A stretch of 64,000 nucleotides of DNA from Tubiluchus corallicola (lineage: Eukaryota > Animalia > Priapulida), in the NCBI GenBank assembly GCA_030141605.1, contig JAQGDQ010000653.1, forward strand, positions 49,900 through 113,899, written 5' to 3'. The notes below the pieces were generated by a model, which was not told where the DNA came from, made no database searches, and saw only the letters and a program-made list of their open reading frames with translations. The position numbers were made by a program, and so were the translations under genes. Positions within the stretch are counted from its first letter, which is position 1; each line of letters opens with the position of its first letter. Of this stretch, positions 14,001-27,434 are shown piece by piece.

Positions 14001-14725
14001 CAGTATGGCAGATTAAAACATTATAGATTTTCTTAAATTTCTTTATTGTAGAATAATAACACAAGTAAAGCTTCTGGAGAAGACTGGTGGGGTAAAAAGC
14101 AATCATTTATGCTTGAACCTTATACACACTGTAAGCTGTAGATTTCTTATTAACTGTGTCTATTCTTATCGCTAAAATTATATCAGTGATACTAAAGGCA
14201 CTTGTTTACTAACAAGCTATAGCACAGAAAACTTAATTACAAAGCAATAACTACAAATTAAATGTAGTTTCAAAATACGTAATTACATGTTCAGATCTTA
14301 TTTAAAATTAAATCCACTTGTACGATTATTAAAACCCATAACCATTAACCGAGGATTTTCAGTTTTTTCAAGATGCACTACATTTCACACAATGCTAAAA
14401 GAATCTAAAACAATTCAAAACTGCACTGTATTATGATGACACTACATACTTGGTTCTACAAGCTTTCCTGCAAAAGCAGCTGAAACAGAAATATGTCTTC
14501 TTATTCTTTCAAAAAGCTCTGACAGAACAAAATGCTACTCGACTAGAATGATTAGGTTACCCGTTAGACTAAATCAGAGGTATTTCTATTTCAGATTTTT
14601 TTCTCGTTGTCTCCACATATGTAGTCGCATATATTTTTTGTTGTTACCATATACATAGCTGTGAAGGTTGTAAACTTTTTCAGCAGATGGAACTTGAAAT
14701 AAGTCTACAAATGAGTATTGCTTAA

Positions 14726-15341
14726 CCCTTTCACTACGTAATTGCTTTTTAACAGATATGCATTGACTTTTGTACATTTGATAATAACTTCTTGTGGTGT
14801 GTTACTAAAACAGAATCTTGTAAACAAACAAATAGCTATTTGTTATTAAACACTAAAATTGAATATTAGTTTTATTCATACTAGTGCACACACATCCACG
14901 CACACGTATATGCACTCATGCATGCATGTACGCACACACAAGCACAATTAAGCACATTCTTTTATTTAGAAGCCAATTTTCACAAAAGTTATATTACCAA
15001 TTCATAATACGCAATTATTTTACAAGAATGCAGAGCAACTAAACACGTTTCACCAACTATCAAGAAGCAATTTTACACGAGAAAGTACTATACAGTACAG
15101 TATTATGGAAGGCACCTGCCTTCAGACGCTGATTGGCCGGTTGTGTAGCATTACTTGTTGCAAAGCAACCACAAACCCACGGTTGTTAAATGTTTCTACA
15201 ATATTTTTTCATGACCATGGCAGTGAAATAAACAGACCTGGGTAACAGCGCTTAGTGCTCAGCTTGGGCAGCAGTCTGCCGCCTTCCGTCCCTTACAAGA
15301 AAAACATAAGCAGCAGTGCGCCGCCTTCTGTAGTGAAAGGG
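14726..15341. mobile_element. piggyBac-type MITE (616 bp)
   Basis: 12-bp perfect TIR CCCTTTCACTAC / GTAGTGAAAGGG, flanked by TTAA on both sides (14722-14725, 15342-15345). Subterminal direct repeat GCAGCAGT..GCCGCCTTC occurs twice. Confidence 0.8.
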
Positions 15342-15609
15342 TTAATAGCCTCTGGACAATAATGAAATAAGTAATATAAAATTAAATGCCAAAGAGGTAT
15401 AAGTCTCATGGATATGCATGAAGATATATTACTGATATGTGTCTTAATACATGAATCCTATAAACTAGTATAAAAATATAGCAACACACTGTGCAGCTCT
15501 ATGGTACTATTGCAATTAAAAGCACATCAAGCCAGCTATCACAAGCGTTATGTAAATTTACTTAGAAAAACATCTTTCGAAAAATATAAAAACTGATAAA
15601 TATCAATTC

Positions 15610-16467
15610 TCACACAGAGTAATTTGAAACAATTACGGTACTTGTACCCTCTCTCAGTAAGGTCCTTTCTTGAATGCTGCCCTCATAATAGAATGAACTG
15701 TGAGTTAAGCACTGTTGGGCAGACACCCAAGACACCACAAGAGTTGCAACATTTAGTGACACAGCAGTAAATAAAAGGCATGTTTGTAGCACAGGATTCG
15801 ATAAAAATTTGTCGCCCAGCGAGATGTTGCCAAAATATGAGCGACTTGAAAAAACAAGTATAAGAACAGTGAATAGTAAATTCAATAACAATGTAACAGC
15901 TTTGCCAATGAAAACTCCATACAAGTACACAAAATTGCAGCATGGTCGGTTAGTGATGGTGGCAAAAGACACACAAAGGCCATGTTGTAATAACAACCCA
16001 GCACAACATGAAATCACTAAAGCACTGCTAATTATAATGCTGGCAAACAGAAGTGACAATATGTATGTAACCCGGGTGTCACAGAGGTACACTGATGCTG
16101 TTTTGCCGCGTTTACACTCAGAGTTTTTCAAAATCACGTGTTTTTGATAAGAATTAAGATATGAAACAATTTTAGCATATTTTGCCGACTCAACAGTTTC
16201 TTGTTTTTTATCAACATATGAAGTGTTGCTTGCCCTCCGACGATGATTTTCTTGTTCAAGTTCTTTTAATTTGAAGATTCTACCGCTGCTCCAGACATTC
16301 GACTGCGTGTCTTCATACGTGTTCACTTGAAGAGTGTCGATGTCATCGTCGATTACAGATGTATTTTCAAAGATACCAAAGAAAGCACAATTGCCTGACA
16401 GTTCTAAAATCGTTCCAATGAGAACAAACAGTTTCAGTGACAACGGATTCCACCCAGACAAGGACAT
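15610..16467 (-). CDS. Uncharacterised predicted four-pass membrane protein (285 aa), single coding exon
   Basis: Long ATG-initiated ORF in AT-rich DNA. One N-terminal hydrophobic segment, a ~110-aa polar loop, then three hydrophobic segments. TTTTTAG acceptor 10 nt upstream of the ATG. No family recognised. Confidence 0.7.
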   Translation of the reverse strand: MSLSGWNPLSLKLFVLIGTILELSGNCAFFGIFENTSVIDDDIDTLQVNTYEDTQSNVWSSGRIFKLKELEQENHRRRASNTSYVDKKQETVESAKYAKIVSYLNSYQKHVILKNSECKRGKTASVYLCDTRVTYILSLLFASIIISSALVISCCAGLLLQHGLCVSFATITNRPCCNFVYLYGVFIGKAVTLLLNLLFTVLILVFSSRSYFGNISLGDKFLSNPVLQTCLLFTAVSLNVATLVVSWVSAQQCLTHSSFYYEGSIQERTLLREGTSTVIVSNYSV

Positions 16468-17649
16468 AATTTGAAACCTAAAAACATGTCATATTACAAT
16501 TGTGAGCTCTGTACACATAAGATACATGAAAGCACAACTAACAAGATACATATGGAACTAAGTACGTACATATATGAACATATACCAAAGATGTCAAAAG
16601 TTATCTTGAGTTAGCATTACAGAACAAAGTATGCCCCGAAATATTTTCTTAGTTCATTATCTCACTAGAAAGACAGGCTTTTACAGTAATCAGACTAAGC
16701 CTATAGACCTAATAAGACATTTCAAGTAACACTTTGATGGTTTAGGTAATTCTGCCTTGAACTTAACATTTTAGTGACATGAATAACATATATACCTAAA
16801 ACACCAAAATGGGCCTTTGGTACTAGTTAAGCCTTTAACTTTAATATCGAACATCAGAATTAAAATTTATTGATGAAAGTTAGGCACTGATACTCCAGGC
16901 TGGAATTTGTGTGGTAAATTTGGTATATATATCTGGGCATGAAAACTTTTATTGGCATGGGCATGATATCCCAAAATTGACATGAGTGTAATGTTAGGAC
17001 AGTAAAGACATAGAATACGTAAATAAATTACTTAAATCTATTGAAAAAAAAGAATTTAATTAGTTTTTCAAACCACAAGCATACTAGTTTCACAGCAATG
17101 TCTGTTAGTATTGGCACTGTTAGTATTAATATATCTATGACCTTCAGCTGTGAACTCAATAGTTGAATTGAATTTTGTTTTCATCAAGACCAGTAAGTGG
17201 TGTGTAAATTTGTATTGAAATCTGTTTGCGACGAAGACGGCTGCACATTAAATAAACTACGGATAGATTTACATTTAATTAAGAGTCTTATAGTGACAAG
17301 AATGAAAAATCGATGAATACAGACGTGCGAGCAAAGTGCCATATTATACGGCATGGCGCGCTTGTAGCACATAAGCATTCACGGCGCAACATGTTTTTCA
17401 GCCAGGCCGATACTAAAATGAGAAATATAGGCTACGTAAGTTTTCAAGACTTTATCAATATTTTCGTGTGTACTATTGAACATCGTACCTTTTTGGAGAA
17501 ATGAGTGGAATGAAACAAAATCCAATCAGCAGTAAAAAATCAGCAATCAGCAGTATGTAACATACGACATATTATGCCTTTTTTCATCATTTTAATTTTT
17601 ATGATAAATGACATATGATTATGATTATGACATTTTATCATTTTTGCCT

Positions 17650-20450
17650 CTTTCTGCCTGACCTTATAGGGGTCTTTCTGAAACCAGACTTGATGATAGC
17701 AGGCAATTCCTGTGTAGTATTCCGGGGTTACACTTTCTTGAAAGAGACTTCTCCAACCAATGCTGGTGGTGTTGGTATTTACATTAAACGAGAACTAATT
17801 TTTAATCCATCTCCTAATTAAAAATAAGCAATAGTTTAAATAAAGATAATTTTCGGACGGAAGATTATTGGCTTGAAATCGAAACCAAAACAAAAATATT
17901 GTCGTTGGAATAGTATATAGACACCCTAACACAGATGTGCCAAGTTTCCAGGAACAACTTGATAAAACTCTTGCTGCAATTAATAAGTCTGGTAAACTTG
18001 CGAACATCTGTGGGGACTTTAACATAAATCTGCTACATCATGAAAGCAAAACTCTTGTATCTAACTATCTTGCAATGATCTATGCCAACTGCTTTTTCCC
18101 TTTAATCACCAAACCAACTAGAATCAGCAATAGATCCAAAACTTTGATCGATCACATATATACTAATGATTTAGTGAACCCTATAACCCCTGGTATCATA
18201 CTTTATGAAGTAGCAGATAATTTACCTGTTTCTGCAATTATTAACAAGTCTTGATCTAAACGAAAGAACCACAAAGTAGTAATAAGGGATAAAACTAATT
18301 TTGTAAAAGAAAATTTTATTAGTGAATTAAACGAAGTTTTTAATGCTACCGACTATTCTACTCTACACACTAATGAAGCCTTTAATGTATTTTTTGACAC
18401 CCTGAGCAGTTAGTTAATAAACACTAGCCCTTTAAGACTCTTTCTAGGCGACAAACCAAAACATATAAAAAACCATGGATAATTGCCGGACGTTTAAAAT
18501 CAATAAAGACTAAAAGTAAATTATATAAAACATAAATTTTCTAACAACCTGTATAAAGAAAATTAGTACAAAACTTACTCTAATACGTTAAATCATACTA
18601 AAGAGAATGCTAAAAAACAATATTAGAAGAACCTACTGGAAACCAATAAAAACAACACTAGAAAGACTTAGCTAACCATAAAAACAAAGATGCCATCTTA
18701 CCTAATAAAATTAAAGTCTGTGGAATGGAAACAAGTAACCAGACAGTTATATGTGATGCTTTCAATGAACACTTTACCTCTGTAGGTAATAAATTAGCTA
18801 CTAAAATCCAAAAAACTAACACTAGTCATAATGACTTTCTTAAAAACCCTGTACAAAACATATTTTTCATTGCCCCAATTCATGAACAGGAAATTGTTAA
18901 TGAGATAAATAACCTTAATAGTAATAAATCTTCAGGACCAGATGAGATACCAATCCAATATTACAAAATAATTAGTTATGTACTTTCTCCTCTGCTAACT
19001 GACCTATTTAATAAATCAGTTGCAGAAGCTGTATTCCCTGATAAGCTAAAAATTGCTAAAATTGTTCCAATATACAAAGCTGGATCACCAAATGAATTAA
19101 ATAACTATAGACATATTTCGTTGCTTTCCCCAATATCAAAAATTTTTGAAAAGTTACTATATAATCGTCTTGACCTTTTCTTAACAAAATTTAACATACT
19201 AACGGATTTTCAGTTTGGTTTTCGCAAAACATACTCTACTGCTCTTGCTACATCTGAATTAGTTGATAGAATACTAGAAAATGTTGATAATAAATTGTAT
19301 ACGTGCAGATTATTTCTGGATCTACAAAAAGCATTTGATACTGTCCAACACAATATAGTAATCGATAAACTTAACCACGATGGTATAAAAGGTCATGCAC
19401 TTGAATTCTGTGCTTCCTATCTTACGAATTGCAAACAGTTTACTGCCATTGGGGATACAAAATCTAAATTGGCTCAAGTCACATGTGGGATTCCTCAGGG
19501 CTCTACCTTAGGACCATTACTATTTTTATTGTATATTAATGACCTCCCTGATTGTACTAACCTTGATACACGGATGTTTGCGGATGATACTAACCTATTT
19601 ATGGCTGGACCTGATATCCATAATCTACAAAATACTGTCAATCAACAATTAAATAAAATTGATACCTGGTTAAAAGCAAATAAACTAACATTAAACTATC
19701 AAAAAAACTAAGTTTATTCTCTTTTCAAATCAAAAACCCAATCCAGATGTAGACAACTTCCAAATTAATATTAATAACATAAGTATTAGTCGGTCCAATG
19801 ATATAAAATATCTGGGTGTTTTTATTGATAGCAAGCTCAACTGGAGTACACATATAAAACATATAACGTATAAAATTAGTAAAATAACGGGATTATTTTT
19901 TAAACTTCGGTACTACCTAGATATGCAAGCTTTGAAATTAAAATATTACGGACTAGTTTTTCCCAACTTACATGGGGATCAGCCAACAAAACTGTAATAC
20001 AGAATGTTGCTGTACCTCAAAACAAAATTGTAAAAGCTGTCTGCTTTGCTGGTTTCAGGGACCATGCAACACCTTATTATAATCAACTAAGAATTTTAAA
20101 AATAATTGATATCTATAACCTAGAAATGGTTAAAATTGTTTTCAAATTTAAGAATCATAAGCTACCCAAACTATTTAATGGATACTTGAGCGAATCTTCA
20201 GCTTTGCATAATTACCAAACGCGCTTTGCATCAAGTAATACTTACAGTGCAATACAACCAAAGCACAACGTTCGCTCAAGTACCAAGGCCCACGAATTTG
20301 GAACTCTATTCCTCAGAAGTTCAAAAACAAATCTCTTAATTACCTTGTCTCAAACTACAAAAACATGCTTATTTCTCTACATACCTAGTCTTGGAATTGT
20401 TCACACAACTAAAACTGAAAATACTATTTTCCACTCAAGTTGAACTCACC
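17650..20450 (+). mobile_element. Degenerate L2/CR1-group (Crack/Daphne-like) LINE ORF2: APE endonuclease + reverse transcriptase
   Basis: APE motifs GGVGIYI, GIVYRHP, ICGDFNINLL, TLIDHIY. RT motifs KSSGPD, NYRHISLL, QFGFR, DLQKAFDTV, GIPQGSTLGPLLFLLYINDL, MFADD. Many stops and frameshifts. Confidence 0.93.
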
Positions 20451-20679
20451 AAACCGTATATACATATGAAAGGTAAAATCTTACTTATTATTTGTGCTGA
20501 AGATCTAAACCCCAACTTACAGTGATACTAACCATGAATTTTGCTACAGAAATAGTAATAATGCCATCTTTACATATATTATTGCACTGCTACTTCTGAA
20601 ATTGTACTTTACATTATAAGTCTATACCCCAATCGCCTGCTAGTCTTAATAACTTTGGTTTTTTTCTAGGTATGCATAT

Positions 20680-20790
20680 TTATGTGTATATGTATATGTA
20701 TGTGTATATGCACTTAAATAAGAGCATGTATCTAATTATGTATATAATATATGTATGTGTGTGTGTGTGTGTGTGTGCGTGTATGTGTGT
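20680..20790. repeat. Compound (TATG)/(TG) microsatellite
   Basis: Seen directly. Confidence 0.75.
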
Positions 20791-21059
20791 AGAAAATAGT
20801 ACTATTATAATAATGTAATTTTACAGCAGATAGAGGCCTCATGACTATCTAGATGCCTTATTGGAAATGTGTCATATGCAGTACTAACATGTAAATGAAA
20901 GTTGTGAGGTAAGGCAATTCTTTTTGCATAAATCTACACATCTGTATGTGCATTGCTTAGCATATCAACATTATATGTATTTATTATGACTTTATGTCCT
21001 TGATATGAATGTTCAAATTTAAACCTAAATCTCAATACTTTTATCTTAGTACACTCACC

Positions 21060-22115
21060 TTTCCTTTACTTACTTAAGCAACTTGGTATGCTCCATATGT
21101 AAACTTTATGCTCCATTTATCACACCTTATTCTGAAATCTTCGTCAAGATAAGTGCGCATATAATTAATTACTAGTTTTTTTAGTTTTAAGTAACTGTTA
21201 GTTTTTCACCACCCTTTCACCAATCACTTGAATATCATTAACTCAGATAATTTATTCTGAATTAACTCAGAAGACTGAGTCAAAACTTTAGATAAGTCTA
21301 GCTACTTCACTAAGTATGATACCAGAAACTATGTGGTTCTGATATGAGTTTGTATAGAAATGGTCTATAAGCGTTTGTGAGGTATGAGTAATTCTGGTCG
21401 GATATGTTATTAAGGGTGTATAGCAATTTGTAAATAGCATGTTAAGATAATCATTTACTTGTGATTTTTGTTCATACTGTAGTAGATTTATGTTTGTGTC
21501 ACCGCAGATATATGCGGTCCTTCCAGATCTGTTTATTTTAGATAAGACTCTTTCAGCCTCTTCCCGAAAGTGCTGTAGTGAAGTGTTTGGGTGTCTGTAG
21601 ATGACCCCAAAAATGACTGGTTTGCAGTTTTTTGCTGTTTTTAATTCTAGCCAAAGTTGCTCTACCTGTATCCTACTGGTCAAATTATTTTGTGTTTTTG
21701 TAGCAGCTATTTGATAGTCTGTGTTTACTGAAAATGAGATGTTTCGTTTTATGTAGATTCCTACCCCACCAGCATTTGTTTGTGAATTTACATTTAAAAA
21801 TAAATAACCTGGTATATCACAAAGAAATGCTGTGTTGCTTTGTAGTTTTGTTTCAGAAATGGCGATAGCATCTGGTGGGTTATCCTCAAAATGTGCTAAT
21901 ACATCAAGCATGTTTGAGAAGTTTTTTGACAGACTTCGGGTATTAAAATGTATAAAGAACATGTCATTTTTGTTTACAACTAAATCAGAGTTCTGTCTCA
22001 AAGCAGCGAGCTTGTAGTATTTGCACATATTGAAGTTTGTGTAATGATCTGGATCCTGTTCATCATATTCATTTGAGGTGGAAACTGATGATAAATTTTT
22101 CAAAACATTGCTCAT
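21060..22115 (-). mobile_element. 5' part of a second L2/Crack-like LINE ORF2 (APE endonuclease), 3'-truncated
   Basis: 275-aa ORF with HFNTRSL, AISETKL, AGGVGIYIK, GVIYRHP, ICGDTNINLL, TLIDHFY. Clearly related to the APE at 17.7-18.2 kb. Confidence 0.9.
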
Positions 22116-22139
22116 TTGGCTTGCACTGACTTACAAAGT

Positions 22140-22780
22140 AAGTCAACTACTATATCAATGCAGTATGCTGATGATGTGGCATGGATTACAAGAAACAAAG
22201 AAGAAGTAGATGAAATAAAAAACTCAATAGAGGAGAAACTGAACAGAATGGATCTCGTTGTAAACAAAAATAAAACTTAGGAGTTTCATATAACACGCCA
22301 TGGTGATGAATCATGGCAAAGATGCAGGTATCTCAGTAGTCTCCTGGCAACAGAAGACGACATATCAAGACGGAAGATAAAGGCATTATCAGCTTACTCA
22401 AAACTCACAAAAGTTTTTGAGAATAGGAAGATTTCTTTGGAAACAAAAATTAGAACATTCTCAGCCTTAGTTGAAACTGTATTTCTATATAACTCTGAGC
22501 TCTGGACATTTAAAGCAAATCATAAAGCTGAAATCGATGCGTTTCAAAAGCGAAATTACAGAAACATTTTGGGTATTAGATGGCCAAAGAAAATTTCAAA
22601 CAAAGATCTATACGAAAAAATAAAAGAAGAACCTTGGACAAGAAAAATAAAAAGACGCCGTTTAAGATGGATTGGGCATATGCTTAGACTACCTGATGAC
22701 GTTCCAGTGAAGATAGCTATTCAACAAGCCATAGAACCAGCTAAAAAACATGCAGGAGAACAAATGTTAACATATTTAGA
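22140..22780 (+). mobile_element. RTE-like LINE 3' fragment
   Basis: QYADD at ~22160, then VFLYNSELW, ILGIRWPKKISN and RRRLRWIGHMLR, typical of the RTE-group C-terminus. Confidence 0.85.
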
Positions 22781-22849
22781 TTCGCACTTTTGTTTTGTGT
22801 CACGTGTCTGTTCAACACGGGAGATCTCTATAAGGCTATGATTGATTAA

Positions 22850-23520
22850 AAGTTTCCTGTAATAAGTGGCAGCGACGCCAGGGGCAGGGGTTGAGACAGT
22901 CTAAGCCGACCACGCTGCGGACCGGATCGGACCAAAATCCGTATTCTTTTTCCGGACCGAAAGGATGCGGATATACTATTGAAAATAAGGAAATGCGGAA
23001 TAAAATGAGAGATGCGTTTTTTAATTTTTATTAATGTTATTCTGCGTAGATAACAATGTGCGCATTGCAGAAAGAAAACGACGAACTGACACTCATCACA
23101 ATAAGCTACTAGGTTGAATAACAATCAAATGAAAAATGTAGCTGCATTAAGAAGTAACAGCAGGAGTAAAATCTTTTATTTGTTATTAAAAACACTATGT
23201 TAAAATGATAAAAATAACGTCAGTCAGAGAATAATGTTCTTATATTCCTTCTCACTGCAATTAAGCAACGAAAAGCAAACCACCCAGTGGACGCTGTGCA
23301 GCAAGGTGCAATTTGCACGGATATAATATTTTTGTTTATTTAAACCAAGGTTTGCTAAATTCAGATTAAAAATTATGCGGATTTGAATTTGAAATAGCCA
23401 CGTAGGCAGGACACGGATCAGCACTTATCGCGAGTTTGTTCCGCACGAAACCCTGTTAAAAAATGAGGATCCAGCGGACTACGGATTTCAAGTGTCAAAT
23501 TCTTGCGGATTGGGAAACTA
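22850..23520. mobile_element. Possible hAT-like MITE with dispersed CGGA(T) subterminal motifs
   Basis: Ends AGTTTCC ... GGAAACT, with clusters of GCGGAT/CGGAC/ATCCG near both ends. TSD not convincing. Confidence 0.35.
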
Positions 23521-24299
23521 GTCGATTTGGTGCCCTGGATTGAGGGGTTTGTGAGACGAACAAGCGGCGAGTCCGGTATTAATAAGATTTACTAATTCAA
23601 AACGCACTAAAACTGTTATTAAAATATTACGCTAGATTTTTAACGAATTTGCGGTAATAAAAACAGGTAATGCTAATTTATTTATTTATTTGCATTGCAT
23701 TTGGTCCGGCCCATTTGCTGCCAACATGCACGTGTTTTGACTTTACTAGCAGTGTCTTACTAGGAGTGTTCTCTTTTTTATTCAGTTATTAAAATTAAGG
23801 GGTCTGCTTAATGTTATTTTGTAGCAGTCTGACAAAATCATTGTGGGGTATCTTCAGAGTTCGCTCAGCAGATATCCCACGGAAGCTAGTATTATATTTG
23901 TTGCATTTCAAGAGTTTTAAGAGTTTATTCATTTCCACATTGCATCTTACAATTATCATTAAAATACAGATAATTATCCATTTAAGTAAATATAAATATA
24001 AATATGAATAAATGCACTATTATCGAGAAATTACAGAATGCGGGATATACATGTGCAAATTTCATTACAGAATAATTTTGATGCATACAGTTTGAGCCTA
24101 AAAGCATAGCTTGACAGGCCAAACTGTACGTGGAAATCTAAAAAAAAAAGTAGGGGGGGAATAGTGAATGAAAGATGAAATGGAGCAAGAACTAAGAAAA
24201 ACTGTGATCATGGTTACAAAGTGTTCAGTAACCTGTTGAGCATAGTCACGTTATATTAAGATTACTGTGGAAAAAAATGCAGGTTATTACCATTATCAA

Positions 24300-25010
24300 A
24301 TTGTGTTACTCTTAATACTTTTGAAATATTTCTTTTCTGACGGTTTTTTTAAAAGTTAAAAGGGAGTGACTACATTTCGAATTGCGGTTTAGTCTGTTCC
24401 ATAGGACTGGTCCCATATAGCTAATGAAGTGTTTCGCCATATTTGTTCTACAACGTCTTGGTATATGTTCATTGTGTCTGGTATTGTATTTTTTTTACAT
24501 TTATCTTGACTGGATTTTCAAAAAAAGTTGGAAATAAGTTGTTGTTGGTTCTATACATGTATATACATCCATTAAAATTAATAACATTATCCAGAAGTAA
24601 TATTTCACATTGCTTAAAATGTGTAGTAGTAATTGTGCTCCTTTTGTCTAGTTTGAAGATGACACGTAAAAATTTTCGTTGTAAAACTCTTAAGCATTCT
24701 AAATTTGTAGTATAAGTAAAGCCCCATAATGTTGTGCAGTAATTTAAATATGATAATATTAAACTGTTGTATAATGTTAGAAGATGTTCGGTGTTCAGAA
24801 AGTTTTTAATATATGAGATGATACCTATATTTTTTGATATTTTCAATCTGATCATGTATATATGTGGTCGCCAGTCTAGATGCTCATTCAGTATTAATCC
24901 CAGAAATTTCAGTTCTTTTACACGTGTAATTCTTTTATGGTCTATTATTAAATCGTGGTTCGCCTGAATTGGTTTATTTAGACCACTTAAACCTGTGAAA
25001 GAACTGTAGA
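24300..25010 (-). mobile_element. L2/CR1-group LINE 3' fragment
   Basis: KFLGLILNEHLDW, LYNSLILSYLNYCTTLWG, LQRKFLRVI, GPVLWN motifs. Confidence 0.85.
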
Positions 25011-27434
25011 AGCAGTTTTTCTTTATTTTGAATTTGCCTAGTTCTTCAGTTATTATGACAATTATTAAATATTATTACGATATCTACAAATTGGGAACAT
25101 TCGAGTTACATTATAAGGATGTCAATGGCCATATTATACTAGTATCTGTTGTGTTATGTCTGCTGTTCACAGAAATCTTGCAGCTATTGATTTCTTTACA
25201 AAAATGTGATAGTCTGGATTATATTAGCATGTGTGATTAGCACTTATGGAAAATTTGGAAGAAGTTTGTTCTATAAAGTCCTTGGTATGGTAAAAGGAAA
25301 ATTTGTAATATAGTTGAATCAGCAGTCACACAGCACTCGCAGGTTACTAACGGATGATGGTAAGACTATATTAAACGCACCCATGCTTTATCTCCTACTA
25401 TCAATATTTCTGAGCTAATACCTTTAACACATTTAATACCTCAGCAGCTCTATTCTTTGCTATAATTGCATTTATCGCATAAGCCTTACTGTGTATTTAA
25501 AAAACTCTTGATGATTGAAGGTGGTTTAATTTTTGATGAAACTAACCTTAGGTCACAATAAAGATACTTCTGTTTTCATCTAATCATCCAGGTAATATTT
25601 TTTTAAACAATTATAAAATTGTTTATATATAATTATAATTATAAACACCTGGCCAGGAATTTTATAATATTTATGTACGTTCACACGTATAAAAGCGTAT
25701 TTTTTAATTAACGCAGGAATTAGTATAACAGAGTTGTTTCAGCGAGGATGCAGCCATGTTTTTCTATGACTAACTCTCTGCCAAACCCAACTGTTTTGTA
25801 TAATGCTGATATAGGAGACTAAATAGCATCATATTTTCCACTAAATCAGAGTATTAATGGCCGAGTGATCTTGCCGCTTAAACCATAATTATCAGAACGT
25901 GCGTTCATACTATACAAAAAAGAGACTGTACGATAATTGATAAATGTACAATAATTTAGTAATACAATTTAACAAAAAAGTGAAAGAAGTGCATTGAAAA
26001 AATTTAAAACATTACTGCTAACCAGTAGGAAATAAACAAACTTTGATTTCAACTGATTTTAAATATTCCACATTTCCACAAAACTTCGGAAACTTCTTCT
26101 CTCCATACTGACATCTTTTGAGCTCGTTAGGTAAGAGAAACAATTTTTTTGTAGCCAGACCTTAACGTGTGACAGACCAACATGTTATTATGACATTAAT
26201 GATATGGAACATAAAAACTTAAAAATGGGTCATGGCATTACTGATTGTGTGAAAAAAACTGGTAATATTGATTTTGGTAATTATGCTAACACACTTTTCT
26301 CTTTAAATAGTGGCACTAAAACACAAATTATTAAACCAGCTTAAATGGAGAATGTTCTAATAATGCAGATTAGGCATTAATAATAATAATAATTAATAAC
26401 ATGTCCTGAAAGAATACTAATAATTTAGCACACTGAAGAGCCTAGTGAACGATGATGTGTGTAGTGAGACCGGAACCTGGCTGCCAATATTAAAGGGGAA
26501 GAAAAGGGCATTTTAAATCATATCACAAAAAACTGCGTATAAAGTTATATTACTCAGCATTTTGCTTATAAATGTGTTTGAAAGTCTCACATAATTGAAA
26601 AAGAAAGAATATTTGTCTGGAAATTTTATGTCACGTACATACTGTCTTATTGCATATAGGGCTTACAGTAGCAGTAACGTTGAATAAACTTCTAAATATA
26701 AATTCCTGTGATGACCGTTAGACACAGCCATATTAACTGTAAGTCACTTGGAACTTCTTTTAGATAATTTGTATAAAGTTTGAAAAGTTAATCAGAGCAT
26801 TCGTAGCACACTCTTCGCTAACACTGAACAAAAGTTTAAATGACATTATATTGTCAATAACATGAATAATATGTGTTTTGGTGAATCCATGGTACACACT
26901 GGGATGGTGATGTAGTGCAGTTCTACCAGATGGCGTGAATAAGTCTTTCAAACATGTAAGCATAATGTAATGCATATAGGCCTGACTTTGTATGGAAAAT
27001 TTTTGGGATATACTTTAAAATCCCCTTCTTTGCTACTCAAGAAGCTACTCAAGAAGCAGTGCAAGTTTCTTTCACAATGTTGGATTTGCAAGTTTCGAAT
27101 CCTTTTTTCAGCAATATGTAGCACAGAATTGTTATTTGCTCACAAGACTTTGGCTGATATGAGTATTATGCAATTACCCACTTGTAATGATATGCTGAGG
27201 CTCGCAGTATTCAACATTAGAGAGAGCCACATAGTCAAGTCAAAATTGTTAAAAAGTAGAAAGTATAAAGATCATTAACATATCTAAGTTGCATCTCCTC
27301 TGGCAAACTGGAACTTATCAATACTGGAGAGTATGTTGACACAAGGTTTGGTCACCGTATCATCAATTTTGTTATCTTTGTGTAAGTGAACTACAATCAT
27401 GAGCCTTTCCTGAAGTCTTATTTCTTACAGAACA

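Noticed and set aside
25383-25828. Weak inverted repeat pair (ATGCTTTA.TCTCCTA.TATCA) suggesting a ~445-bp MITE
   Set aside because: Several mismatches and indels in AT-rich DNA and no TSD; insufficient support.
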